Position numbers and translations under genes: made by a program
Notes under the pieces: model-generated
What the model was told of the DNA's origin: nothing
The model's input: the letters and a program-made list of their open reading frames with translations, nothing else
Databases searched by the model: none
Shown: positions 7,388 through 13,662 of the stretch, in pieces
How the letters are laid out: each line of letters begins with the position of its first letter
Position numbering within the stretch: position 1 is the stretch's first letter
Origin: a virus
Taxonomy: Duplodnaviria; Heunggongvirae; Uroviricota; Caudoviricetes
Reading direction: 5' to 3' (one strand)
Length of the DNA: 13,662 nucleotides
IMG/VR virus record: IMGVR_UViG_2617271086_000006

Positions 7388-8062
7388 TTAGGCCTTTATT
7401 GTGTATCTTCTTGGTTTTCCCGAGAAAATCACTGTACCAATTATAGAGCAATTACCGTTAATCTTAATGTAAGGCTCAGGCCAGTTTGGGTTTAATGCTT
7501 TGAGATAACGCTGTGTTCCATCTTCTATCAACCGCTTGAAGGTGGTTTCGCCTGAATCGTGCATCAATGCAATAACGTCGTCACCGTGGCAGGCAGGGAC
7601 TTCAGGATCAACAAAAATCATGTCTCCCGGGCGGTACTCATCAATCATTGAATCACCAATCACCCGCAAGATATAAGTCATTTCGCCACAGGGTACAGGG
7701 CAGGGATAAGTTTCTGCTGTGCTCAAATCAACCTCAGAATAGCCAACTTCTTTCCATGCTCCGGCCTGTACCCATGATATGACAGGGACTAACGTTATTT
7801 GTTTGTTAGTGATTGAAACATCAGGTTTTTTTGTGATGTTCGTGGTCTGGTGTTCTTGATCAAGCCATCCGACAGGCAGGTCGAAACATTTTTCGATGTG
7901 CCTTGCCATGCTGTCACCGATATTTTTAGTAGCACCATCTCCCATAAACCTGCTGGTCTGGGTTGGCTCGCGATCAATCATGGTGGCAAAGGAAGAATTC
8001 CCGCCAACACCATCTCTCAGTTTTCTGGCGTTAGACCGCCGGATGTCATGGACTGTTTTCAT
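7388..8062 (-). CDS. cI: CI-type prophage repressor (N-terminal HTH, C-terminal S24 LexA-like autopeptidase)
   Basis: 224-aa ORF. Ala-Gly autocleavage site (VQAGAW), Ser nucleophile motif GDSM and Lys in TFKRL. Divergent from the cro-like gene. No Shine-Dalgarno sequence close to the ATG, so the mRNA may be leaderless as for lambda PRM. Confidence 0.9.
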   Translation of the reverse strand: MKTVHDIRRSNARKLRDGVGGNSSFATMIDREPTQTSRFMGDGATKNIGDSMARHIEKCFDLPVGWLDQEHQTTNITKKPDVSITNKQITLVPVISWVQAGAWKEVGYSEVDLSTAETYPCPVPCGEMTYILRVIGDSMIDEYRPGDMIFVDPEVPACHGDDVIALMHDSGETTFKRLIEDGTQRYLKALNPNWPEPYIKINGNCSIIGTVIFSGKPRRYTIKA

Positions 8063-8078
8063 AACGAAATTAAAACCT

Positions 8079-8097
8079 TTGTACCGATAGGGTACAA
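8079..8097. promoter_or_regulatory. Operator-like palindrome OR-a (TTGTACC-gatag-GGTACAA)
   Basis: Perfect 7-bp inverted repeat with 5-bp spacer, 17 nt upstream of the cI start, in the cI/cro intergenic region. Confidence 0.5.
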
Positions 8098-8102
8098 GTA
8101 TC

Positions 8103-8130
8103 TTGAAGGTTCATCTCAATCATGTAATAT
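8103..8130 (+). promoter_or_regulatory. Putative PR promoter for the cro-like operon
   Basis: -35 TTGAAG (8103-8108), 16-nt spacer, -10 TAATAT (8125-8130), followed by a second operator-like site TGTATA-tcgga-GGTACA (8130-8146) over the predicted transcription start. Confidence 0.5.
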
Positions 8131-8146
8131 GTATATCGGAGGTACA
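8130..8146. promoter_or_regulatory. Operator-like site OR-b (TGTATA-N5-GGTACA)
   Basis: Same half-site pattern as OR-a and OL, lying between the PR -10 and the cro Shine-Dalgarno sequence. Confidence 0.45.
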
Positions 8147-8152
8147 TATTGT

Positions 8153-8353
8153 ATGAAAGCGTATTGGGACTCTTTAACCAAAGAACAGCAGGGCGAGTTG
8201 GCCGGAAAAGTTGGCTCAACACCAGGCTATTTACGGCTGGTTTTCAATGGTTATAAAAAAGCCAGTTTTGTGCTGGCTAAAAAACTTGAGCAATGCACGT
8301 CAGGTGCAATTACGAAATCTGACTTAAGACCGGATATCTATCCGAAAGATTAA
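8153..8353 (+). CDS. Cro-like small HTH regulator (YdaS-like Cro/CI family)
   Basis: Trimmed from track ORF 7850..8353 to ATG 8153 (MKAYWDSLTKEQQGELAGKVGSTPGYL...), 66 aa, with GGAGG 10 nt upstream. C-terminal DLRPDIYPK resembles YdaS-type Cro proteins. Divergent from cI. Confidence 0.75.
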   Translation: MKAYWDSLTKEQQGELAGKVGSTPGYLRLVFNGYKKASFVLAKKLEQCTSGAITKSDLRPDIYPKD

Positions 8354-8384
8354 CAGAACACCTTCAATTTTTAACCACAGAACG

Positions 8385-8948
8385 ATGAGGCTAACCGTGG
8401 GTAAGCATCACTGGAAAGTAGAAAAACAGCCTGAGTGGTACGTGAAAGCTGTCAGAAAAACTATCGCGGCGTTGCCGGGGGGGTACGCTGAAGCTGCTGA
8501 GTGGCTAGATGTAACAGAGAACGCTTTATTCAACCGCCTTCGTGCAGATGGCGATCAGATTTTCCCGCTGGGATGGGCAATGATTTTACAGCGCGCGGCT
8601 GGCACTCACTACATTGCGGATGCTGTCGCACAGTCTGCTGGTGGGGTGTTTGTATCGCTTCCTGAAATTGAGGAAGTAGAGAACGCCGATATAAACCAGC
8701 GCCTGCTGGAAGTCATCGAACAGATCGGGAGTTACTCAAAGCAGATTCGTTCGGCAATCGAAGATGGGGTAGTGGAGCCACACGAGCAGACAGCAATTAA
8801 TGATGAGTTGTATCTGTCAATTTCGAAGCTCCAGGAGCATGCAGCACTGGTCTACAAAATCTTTTGCGCTCCAGAAAAGAGTGACGCCCGCGAGTGTGCA
8901 GCTCCGGGCGTCGTGGCGTTTTGTGTCTGTGGAGAAACTAACGCATGA
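8385..8948 (+). CDS. CII-like early regulatory protein (possibly YdaT family)
   Basis: 187-aa ORF immediately downstream of the cro-like gene. Family assignment is positional and from weak recollection. GTG 8397 with a GAGG Shine-Dalgarno-like sequence is an alternative start. Confidence 0.55.
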   Translation: MRLTVGKHHWKVEKQPEWYVKAVRKTIAALPGGYAEAAEWLDVTENALFNRLRADGDQIFPLGWAMILQRAAGTHYIADAVAQSAGGVFVSLPEIEEVENADINQRLLEVIEQIGSYSKQIRSAIEDGVVEPHEQTAINDELYLSISKLQEHAALVYKIFCAPEKSDARECAAPGVVAFCVCGETNA

Positions 8949-9544
8949 ACAGTTTAACGGCAAATAACCGTTTGTCGCAACAGCTGGTGGTCAGCGTCGC
9001 TGAACACCTGTTGTTACGGCATGAATGCAGATTACCAAATCTCCTGGCTGTAAGTAACCACAGAGAACTTTACCTGACTGTGGGGGGCGAGTTGTGCAGG
9101 AACTTAACCGCTGGTTTCGTGACGGAAGAGGACTTTATGTTCATGTTATTCGTTGGGAGCCAGAAACACAGCGCGTTATCTATCTTCGCAAAGACTACCC
9201 GCATGAGTGCTTTAGTCCTTTGTGGAAATTCAAGCGTGATTTTGTTGAGTGTGAAGGACCACCAGCACATTGATTCTGCCATTCCGGGACGTTACACTGT
9301 TCAGGCACCTTATAAAGCGGGTGCCGGGATTGGCGTCCTGGAATTGATCAAGGCGATATATGACGCGCCAGCGTCTTTTTTATCGTCCGCATTTGCTCAC
9401 ATCAAAGTTATGGTGGGCTGGGCGGGGGCATCGAAAGATGCGCCGGTTTCCTTGATCACCGGTTACGCCAACCCCGTTCAGTTCACCACCAGCGAAATTG
9501 GCGTTTCCGGTGGTGGAAGTGGAACAAACCAGCCCATGAACTGA
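8945..9544 (+). CDS. Hypothetical protein (199 aa)
   Basis: Long ORF coupled to the upstream gene by an ATGA overlap (8945-8948). No recognised motif. A shorter protein-like reading (about 58 aa from GTG 9094) exists in another frame. Confidence 0.5.
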   Translation: MNSLTANNRLSQQLVVSVAEHLLLRHECRLPNLLAVSNHRELYLTVGGELCRNLTAGFVTEEDFMFMLFVGSQKHSALSIFAKTTRMSALVLCGNSSVILLSVKDHQHIDSAIPGRYTVQAPYKAGAGIGVLELIKAIYDAPASFLSSAFAHIKVMVGWAGASKDAPVSLITGYANPVQFTTSEIGVSGGGSGTNQPMN

Positions 9545-9549
9545 AGGAA

Positions 9550-9816
9550 GTGGGCGATTTCACCGATCAAGGAGGCTGCCATCATGCTACTGTCCCAGCC
9601 CTCACTCGTCTGAATGATGAAGACTTACATAAACTCAGTTATGTAACAACTGCACTACGTGCTCTGCGCAAGGTAACTCTTTCGGATCCGCAGGCACATC
9701 AGGTTCTGGTAGAAACCCTTCTTAACTTGCAAGCTGAACGTATTCGTCTGGCGGATAAGGCTAATTTTCATATTCACCGTCTCCTGAATATCAGCGGAGG
9801 GCATCGTCATGCTTAA
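9550..9816 (+). CDS. Hypothetical protein (88 aa, GTG start)
   Basis: ORF with no in-frame ATG and a poorly spaced Shine-Dalgarno-like sequence. Helical-looking C-terminal half. Low confidence. Confidence 0.3.
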   Translation: MGDFTDQGGCHHATVPALTRLNDEDLHKLSYVTTALRALRKVTLSDPQAHQVLVETLLNLQAERIRLADKANFHIHRLLNISGGHRHA

Positions 9817-10045
9817 TCCGTTGCTCCTCAACATTTACCGTTTATTTCAGCGTAAAAAAATATCAACACCCACAGTTGGGCAGTGGTACACCACGCCAGC
9901 AGGGCATGTTCTACGTGTCAGCCTGGTTGACCGTGAATGTCAGAAGGTGATTTGTGAACCGCTGGGCCGTAATTACCGCGTCAGTATGCCGCTTATAGCC
10001 TTTCGCTCCGGAAAAAACATGAAGCATCTCGGAGGTGCAGCATGA
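9809..10045 (+). CDS. Hypothetical small protein (78 aa)
   Basis: ATG 9809 preceded by GGAGGG at 7 nt. ATGA overlap with the downstream initiator gene (10042-10045). Confidence 0.6.
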   Translation: MLNPLLLNIYRLFQRKKISTPTVGQWYTTPAGHVLRVSLVDRECQKVICEPLGRNYRVSMPLIAFRSGKNMKHLGGAA

Positions 10046-10860
10046 GTATGGAGCTGATGGTTAAAGCGATGAAAATTCGAGTGGGTAATCCATTGCGAAA
10101 ACTGGTTCTGATCAAGCTGGCTGATAATGCCAGCGATCAGGGTGAGTGCTGGCCCAGCTACCAGCATATTGCTGACCAGTGCGAGATTAGCAAACGTTCT
10201 GTGATGAATCATATTGCGGCCCTTTGTGAGTCCGGGCTGGTAAAAAAAGTCACCCGGAAAGGTGAAAAAGGTAACTCAAGTAATATCTATCTCCTTCATC
10301 TGGATGGTGCAGGAGATTCACTAGGGGGTAGTGCAAATAATTCACTATCTGGTGCAGCAAATTCACCAGGTAGTGCAGGAGTTGCACTAGGGGGTAGTGC
10401 AGGAGATTCACCCAGAACCAGTCACTCTTTTGAACCAGTCAAAGAACCAGTCAATGAACCAATAGCTGTTGGTGCATCTGCTGATGAGTCTGTGCGAGTT
10501 CGTTCAAACCGACCGGAATACTCTCCGGAGTTTGAGCAGGCATGGCTGGCATATCCCAAACGTGCTGGTGGCAATTCAAAATCTGCAGCCTTCAAAGCCT
10601 GGAAAGCCCGTTTGAATGAGGGGGTAAACCCCGAAACCATGCTGGAAGGTGTGAAACGCTATGCGGGCTGGGTATCTGCGATGGGTAACAGCGGCACACA
10701 ATTTGTGAAACAGGCTGTCACGTTCTTTGGTCCGGATCGTCATTTCGAAGAATCCTGGGAAGTTCCTGCGGTATCTGCAGCCAGACGTGAGGACCCGTAC
10801 TTCAAAGCCAGTTACGACAACGTGGACTACAGCCAGATCCCGGCAGGATTCAGGGGGTGA
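10042..10860 (+). CDS. Replication initiator, O-like (N-terminal winged-helix DNA-binding domain, iteron-encoded linker, C-terminal domain)
   Basis: 272-aa ORF with GGAGG 6 nt upstream. N-terminal HTH_36-like winged helix (LRKLVLIKLADNASDQGECWPSYQHIADQCEISKRSVMNHIAALCESGLVKK). The central Gly/Ser/Ala-rich linker is encoded by tandem DNA repeats, as for ori-lambda inside gene O. Confidence 0.8.
   Translation: MSMELMVKAMKIRVGNPLRKLVLIKLADNASDQGECWPSYQHIADQCEISKRSVMNHIAALCESGLVKKVTRKGEKGNSSNIYLLHLDGAGDSLGGSANNSLSGAANSPGSAGVALGGSAGDSPRTSHSFEPVKEPVNEPIAVGASADESVRVRSNRPEYSPEFEQAWLAYPKRAGGNSKSAAFKAWKARLNEGVNPETMLEGVKRYAGWVSAMGNSGTQFVKQAVTFFGPDRHFEESWEVPAVSAARREDPYFKASYDNVDYSQIPAGFRG
10303..10413. 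repeat. Iteron array (putative origin of replication) inside the O-like gene
   Basis: Four direct repeats of about 19 bp with consensus TTCAC-N8/9-GTGCA: 10317-10335, 10341-10359, 10362-10380 and 10383-10401, at a period of 21-24 bp. Confidence 0.6.
10415..10461. repeat. Tandem GAACCAGTCA decamer repeats next to the iterons
   Basis: GAACCAGTCA at 10415-10424, 10432-10441 and 10444-10453, plus a partial GAACCAA at 10456-10461. They encode EPVKEPVNEP in the initiator linker. Confidence 0.5.
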
Positions 10861-10862
10861 TC

Positions 10863-11357
10863 ATGAGTCTTTTGAATGAAGTTCAGAAATTCATTGAAGC
10901 CCATCCGGGGTGTACTTCCGGAGACATTGCGGATGCTTTTGCAGGTTACTCACGGCAGCGCGTTCTGCAGTCAGCAAGCAAGTTACGTCAGAGTGGGCGT
11001 GTGGCTCACCGTTGTGAAGGGGATACACGCAGACATTTTCCGCGCCAGATAAAGATATCGCCGGAGGCGGAACGGCAACCAGTTCGTGAAACCAGACCTG
11101 TGCGCAATTTCTATGTCGGCACTAACGACCCGCGGGAGATTTTATGCCTGACCCGCCAGGCTGAAGAACTGGAGTCCAGGGGCTTATACCGTCGTGCTGC
11201 AACGGTGTGGATGGCGGCATTCCGTGAAAGCCACTCCCAGCCAGAACGAAACAATTTTCTGGCGCGTCGTGAGCAGTGTTTACGAAAAGCAGCAAGCGCG
11301 CTGTATCGGGTGATGAGTGGTATCTGTCAGGGAATTACGTGGGGGCTTAATGAGTAA
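10863..11357 (+). CDS. Winged-helix / PerC-like regulatory protein (tentative)
   Basis: Trimmed from the GTG start at 10857 to ATG 10863 (MSLLNEVQKF...), 164 aa. The C-terminal segment AEELESRGLYRRAATVWMAAF resembles the PerC/Pch-family motif. Assignment is tentative. Confidence 0.55.
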   Translation: MSLLNEVQKFIEAHPGCTSGDIADAFAGYSRQRVLQSASKLRQSGRVAHRCEGDTRRHFPRQIKISPEAERQPVRETRPVRNFYVGTNDPREILCLTRQAEELESRGLYRRAATVWMAAFRESHSQPERNNFLARREQCLRKAASALYRVMSGICQGITWGLNE

Positions 11358-11967
11358 TAAATATTGCCAGGAGCTGGTGGAACTGCATCAGTGGCGCACG
11401 CCGGACAACATTTTCTGGGGAATTAACACCCTGTTTGGTCCGTTTGTTCTGGATCTGTTCACTGACGGTGATAACGCCAAATGCGCTGCGTATTACACGG
11501 CGGAAGACAACGCGCTGGCGCATGACTGGTCAGAACGCCTTGCGGAGCTTAAAGGTGCTGCCTTTGGAAATCCCCCATACAGCCGCGCCAGTCAGCATGA
11601 GGGGCAATACATCACCGGCATGCGTTACATCATGAAGCATGCCAGTGCCATGCGTGATAAGGGCGGGCGCTATGTTTTCCTGATCAAAGCTGCCACCAGC
11701 GAAGTGTGGTGGCCGGAAGATGCAGATCATATTGCTTTTATTCGCGGGCGTATTGGTTTTGAACTGCCTGCCTGGTTTATCCCGAAGGATGAGAAGCAGG
11801 TGCCGACAGGCGCTTTCTTCGCTGGTGCTATTGCTGTTTTCGACAAGACCTGGAAGGGACCGGCAATCAGCTATATCGGGCGCGATGAACTTGAGGCATG
11901 TGGTGAGGCGTTTCTGGCGCAGGTTCGCCTGCAGGCGGAAAAGCTGGTCAGGGAGATGGCGGCATGA
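11350..11967 (+). CDS. Phage Dam-like DNA N6-adenine methyltransferase
   Basis: Trimmed to ATG 11350 (MSNKYCQELVELHQW...), 205 aa. Catalytic motif GNPPYS. Overlaps the upstream gene by 8 nt and the downstream gene by ATGA. Confidence 0.85.
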   Translation: MSNKYCQELVELHQWRTPDNIFWGINTLFGPFVLDLFTDGDNAKCAAYYTAEDNALAHDWSERLAELKGAAFGNPPYSRASQHEGQYITGMRYIMKHASAMRDKGGRYVFLIKAATSEVWWPEDADHIAFIRGRIGFELPAWFIPKDEKQVPTGAFFAGAIAVFDKTWKGPAISYIGRDELEACGEAFLAQVRLQAEKLVREMAA

Positions 11968-12290
11968 CGACGTTAACTCAATGCCAGCAGCAGGTGCTGG
12001 ATATGCTGATTTCTTATCAGAAAGAGCGTGGCTTCCCGCCAACCAATCAGGAGGTGGCAACCATGCTGGGATACCGTTCGGTGAATGCAGCGGTGGAGCA
12101 TCTTCGCGCACTGGAGAAAAAAGGCGTCATCACGATAAAGCGTGGTGTGGCCCGGGGGATCACGCTTCATACCGCGGTGAAGGACGACGACAGCGAGGCG
12201 GTCGGGATTATCCGCTCACTGCTTGCCGGTGAGGAAAACGCAAGGCTGCGTGCAACTCACTGGTTACATGAGAGAGGCCTGAAAGTATGA
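11964..12290 (+). CDS. LexA N-terminal DNA-binding-domain-like protein lacking the S24 peptidase domain
   Basis: 108-aa ORF. Aligns by eye with E. coli LexA residues 1-70 (QQQVLDMLISYQKERGFPPTNQEVATMLGYRSVNAAVEHLRALEKKGVITI against [51 protein letters not shown]). ATGA overlaps at both ends. Confidence 0.8.
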   Translation: MTTLTQCQQQVLDMLISYQKERGFPPTNQEVATMLGYRSVNAAVEHLRALEKKGVITIKRGVARGITLHTAVKDDDSEAVGIIRSLLAGEENARLRATHWLHERGLKV

Positions 12291-12676
12291 AGCTGATCCT
12301 GCCTTTCCCGCCCAGCGTGAACACCTACTGGCGACACCCCAACAAAGGGGCATTTGCTGGTAAGAGCCTGATAAGCGCGGCGGGGCGAAAATTTCAGAGC
12401 GCGGCGTGCGCAGCAATAGTTGAGCAGTTACGTCGTCTGCCAAAACCAACGTCGGCACCTGCTTCAGTGGAGATCGTGTTGTTTCCTCCGGATAACCGGA
12501 TCCGCGATCTGGACAACTATAACAAGGCGCTGTTTGACGCCCTGACCCACGCGGGTGTGTGGGAAGACGACAGACAGGTGAAAAGAATGCTGGTGGAGTG
12601 GGGACCGGTTATCCCGAAAGGGAAGGTCGAGATCACTATCAGTAAGTATGAGAAACCGGCGGGTGCAGCCGCCTGA
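12287..12676 (+). CDS. rusA: RusA-family Holliday junction resolvase
   Basis: 129-aa ORF. Conserved RDLDN...FDALT...DD catalytic Asp cluster (NRIRDLDNYNKALFDALTHAGVWEDD) closely matches E. coli RusA. Confidence 0.9.
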   Translation: MKLILPFPPSVNTYWRHPNKGAFAGKSLISAAGRKFQSAACAAIVEQLRRLPKPTSAPASVEIVLFPPDNRIRDLDNYNKALFDALTHAGVWEDDRQVKRMLVEWGPVIPKGKVEITISKYEKPAGAAA

Positions 12677-12695
12677 TTAAGAGGAGAAACGAAGT

Positions 12696-13505
12696 ATGAA
12701 TAATCTGATGGTTATTGATGGTATTGAAGTTCGTCGTGATGCTTATGGGCGTTACAGCCTGAACGATCTGCACAGGGCAGCCGGGGGAGAACAAAAAAAC
12801 CGCCCGAAATACTGGCTCTCCAATAAGCAAACCTGTGAATTGATTGAACAACTTTTCACCGAGGGTGGAATTCCGCCTCTGGAACAAAATCAACCAGTTA
12901 GCGTCATTAATGGCGGAAATAACCAGGGGACGTATGTCTGCAAAGAACTGGTGTATGCCTATGCAATGTGGATCAGCCCGTCATTCCATCTGAAGGTGAT
13001 CCGTACTTTCGATATGGTAACCAGCGCACCGGAAAAATTATCCGGGCAGGCTGCTGACAAGATGCAGGCTGGAGTGATTCTGCTGGACTTTATGCGCAGG
13101 GAGTTAAACCTGTCTAACTCTTCAGTGCTTGGTGCCTGTCAGAAACTCCAGGAGGCTGTTGGCTTACCGAATCTGGCACCGCGCTATGCCATTGATGCTC
13201 CTGCTGACGCGCCTGATGGCTCAAGTCGCCCTACGCTGTCGCTGAGTGCACTGCTGAAACAGTATGGTATCCGCCTTACGGCTAATCAGGCATATCACCA
13301 GATGGCGAAGCTGGGGATCGTTGAACAACGCGAACGATACAGCCGTACCTCGATTAACAACATCAAAAAATTCTGGTCGCTGACAGCGAAAGGCTGCATG
13401 TTCGGCAAGAACATCACCAGTCCCGCAAATCCGCGCGAGACGCAGCCGCATTTCTTCGAATCCCGATTCCCTGAGCTGTTAAAGCTGCTCGATACCGTTC
13501 ATTGA
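12696..13505 (+). CDS. KilA-N domain protein (antirepressor/Roi-like)
   Basis: 269-aa ORF with GAGGAG 9 nt upstream. N-terminal KilA-N-like segment (VIDGIEVRRDAYGRYSLNDLHRAAGG...PKYWLSNKQTCELIEQL). C-terminal domain unassigned. Confidence 0.8.
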   Translation: MNNLMVIDGIEVRRDAYGRYSLNDLHRAAGGEQKNRPKYWLSNKQTCELIEQLFTEGGIPPLEQNQPVSVINGGNNQGTYVCKELVYAYAMWISPSFHLKVIRTFDMVTSAPEKLSGQAADKMQAGVILLDFMRRELNLSNSSVLGACQKLQEAVGLPNLAPRYAIDAPADAPDGSSRPTLSLSALLKQYGIRLTANQAYHQMAKLGIVEQRERYSRTSINNIKKFWSLTAKGCMFGKNITSPANPRETQPHFFESRFPELLKLLDTVH

Positions 13506-13512
13506 GGTGACC

Positions 13513-13662
13513 GTGAGAGCACTACTGACCCCTGAAATTGCCCCGCGTATGGGGATCGTATTGTTCAGGCCAGGTTCAGAGCTGATGCCCCTGTTTATGC
13601 AGGGGCGTGTCCTGCTGGAGCCTGAGCCGGAACGTTATTCATCTTTCGCCAGTGGTGCCGTT
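13513..13662 (+). CDS. 5' part of a downstream ORF running off the window (hypothetical)
   Basis: Open frame from GTG 13513 (in-frame ATG at 13549) with no stop before the window end. GAGGTG precedes it. Identity unknown. Confidence 0.3.
   Translation, partial: MRALLTPEIAPRMGIVLFRPGSELMPLFMQGRVLLEPEPERYSSFASGAV

Larger units (their letters stand above)
1..13662. mobile_element. Lambdoid prophage segment (integration, early-left, immunity, replication and nin-like modules)
   Basis: Gene order and content: integrase, Xis/AlpA-like, CI (S24 peptidase) divergent from Cro-like, CII-like, O-like initiator with iterons, Dam-like methyltransferase, RusA, KilA-N. Neither end of the element is visible in the window. 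Confidence 0.85.

Noticed and set aside
9070-10640. Minus-strand ORFs 9070..9282, 9973..10212 and 10422..10640
   Set aside because: Antisense to rightward early genes and the initiator; the last simply reads the iteron repeats on the opposite strand.
11530-12232. ORFs 11530..12111 (-), 11720..12232 (+), 11973..12170 (-) and 11435..11635 (+)
   Set aside because: They overlap the well-supported Dam-like and LexA-like genes in other frames; Arg/Pro/Ser-rich frame artefacts of GC-rich coding DNA.
12264-13451. Minus-strand ORFs 12264..12458, 12639..12893 and 13221..13451
   Set aside because: Antisense to the RusA and KilA-N genes; no supporting signals.
1-13662. CRISPR arrays, rRNA/tRNA genes, transposase or IS elements
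   Set aside because: No spaced direct-repeat array, no rRNA-like or complete tRNA-like sequence, and no transposase-like ORF or terminal inverted repeats were seen.

Overview
This window reads as the left arm of a lambdoid (enterobacterial, about 50% GC) prophage, from the integrase through the immunity and replication modules into the nin-like region. Features in order: a P4-type tyrosine integrase (+); a strongly AT-rich 417-aa cargo gene (+) between int and the excisionase-like gene, bracketed by hairpin terminators; a leftward early operon on the minus strand (YfdP-like, YfdQ-like, HD-domain YfdR-like, PAPS-reductase-like PP-loop protein, a 115-aa hypothetical, an AlpA/Xis-like HTH protein) with several overlapping start/stop junctions; an S24-peptidase CI-type repressor (-) facing a Cro-like gene (+) across an operator-rich intergenic region; then rightward a CII-like protein, small hypotheticals, an O-like initiator with internal iterons, a PerC-like regulator, a Dam-like N6-adenine methyltransferase, a LexA DNA-binding-domain-only protein, RusA and a KilA-N protein. 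The strongest candidate for an undescribed system is the AT-rich int-adjacent cargo gene, whose product shows a plausible PD-(D/E)xK nuclease core and could be a single-gene anti-phage defence or abortive-infection module. Other points worth follow-up are a roughly 670-nt ORF-poor leader between the putative PL and the first early gene, a shared TGTAYN-N5-GGTACA operator motif, and the LexA-DBD-only protein. All calls are from reading the sequence and remembered family signatures; no database search was run.
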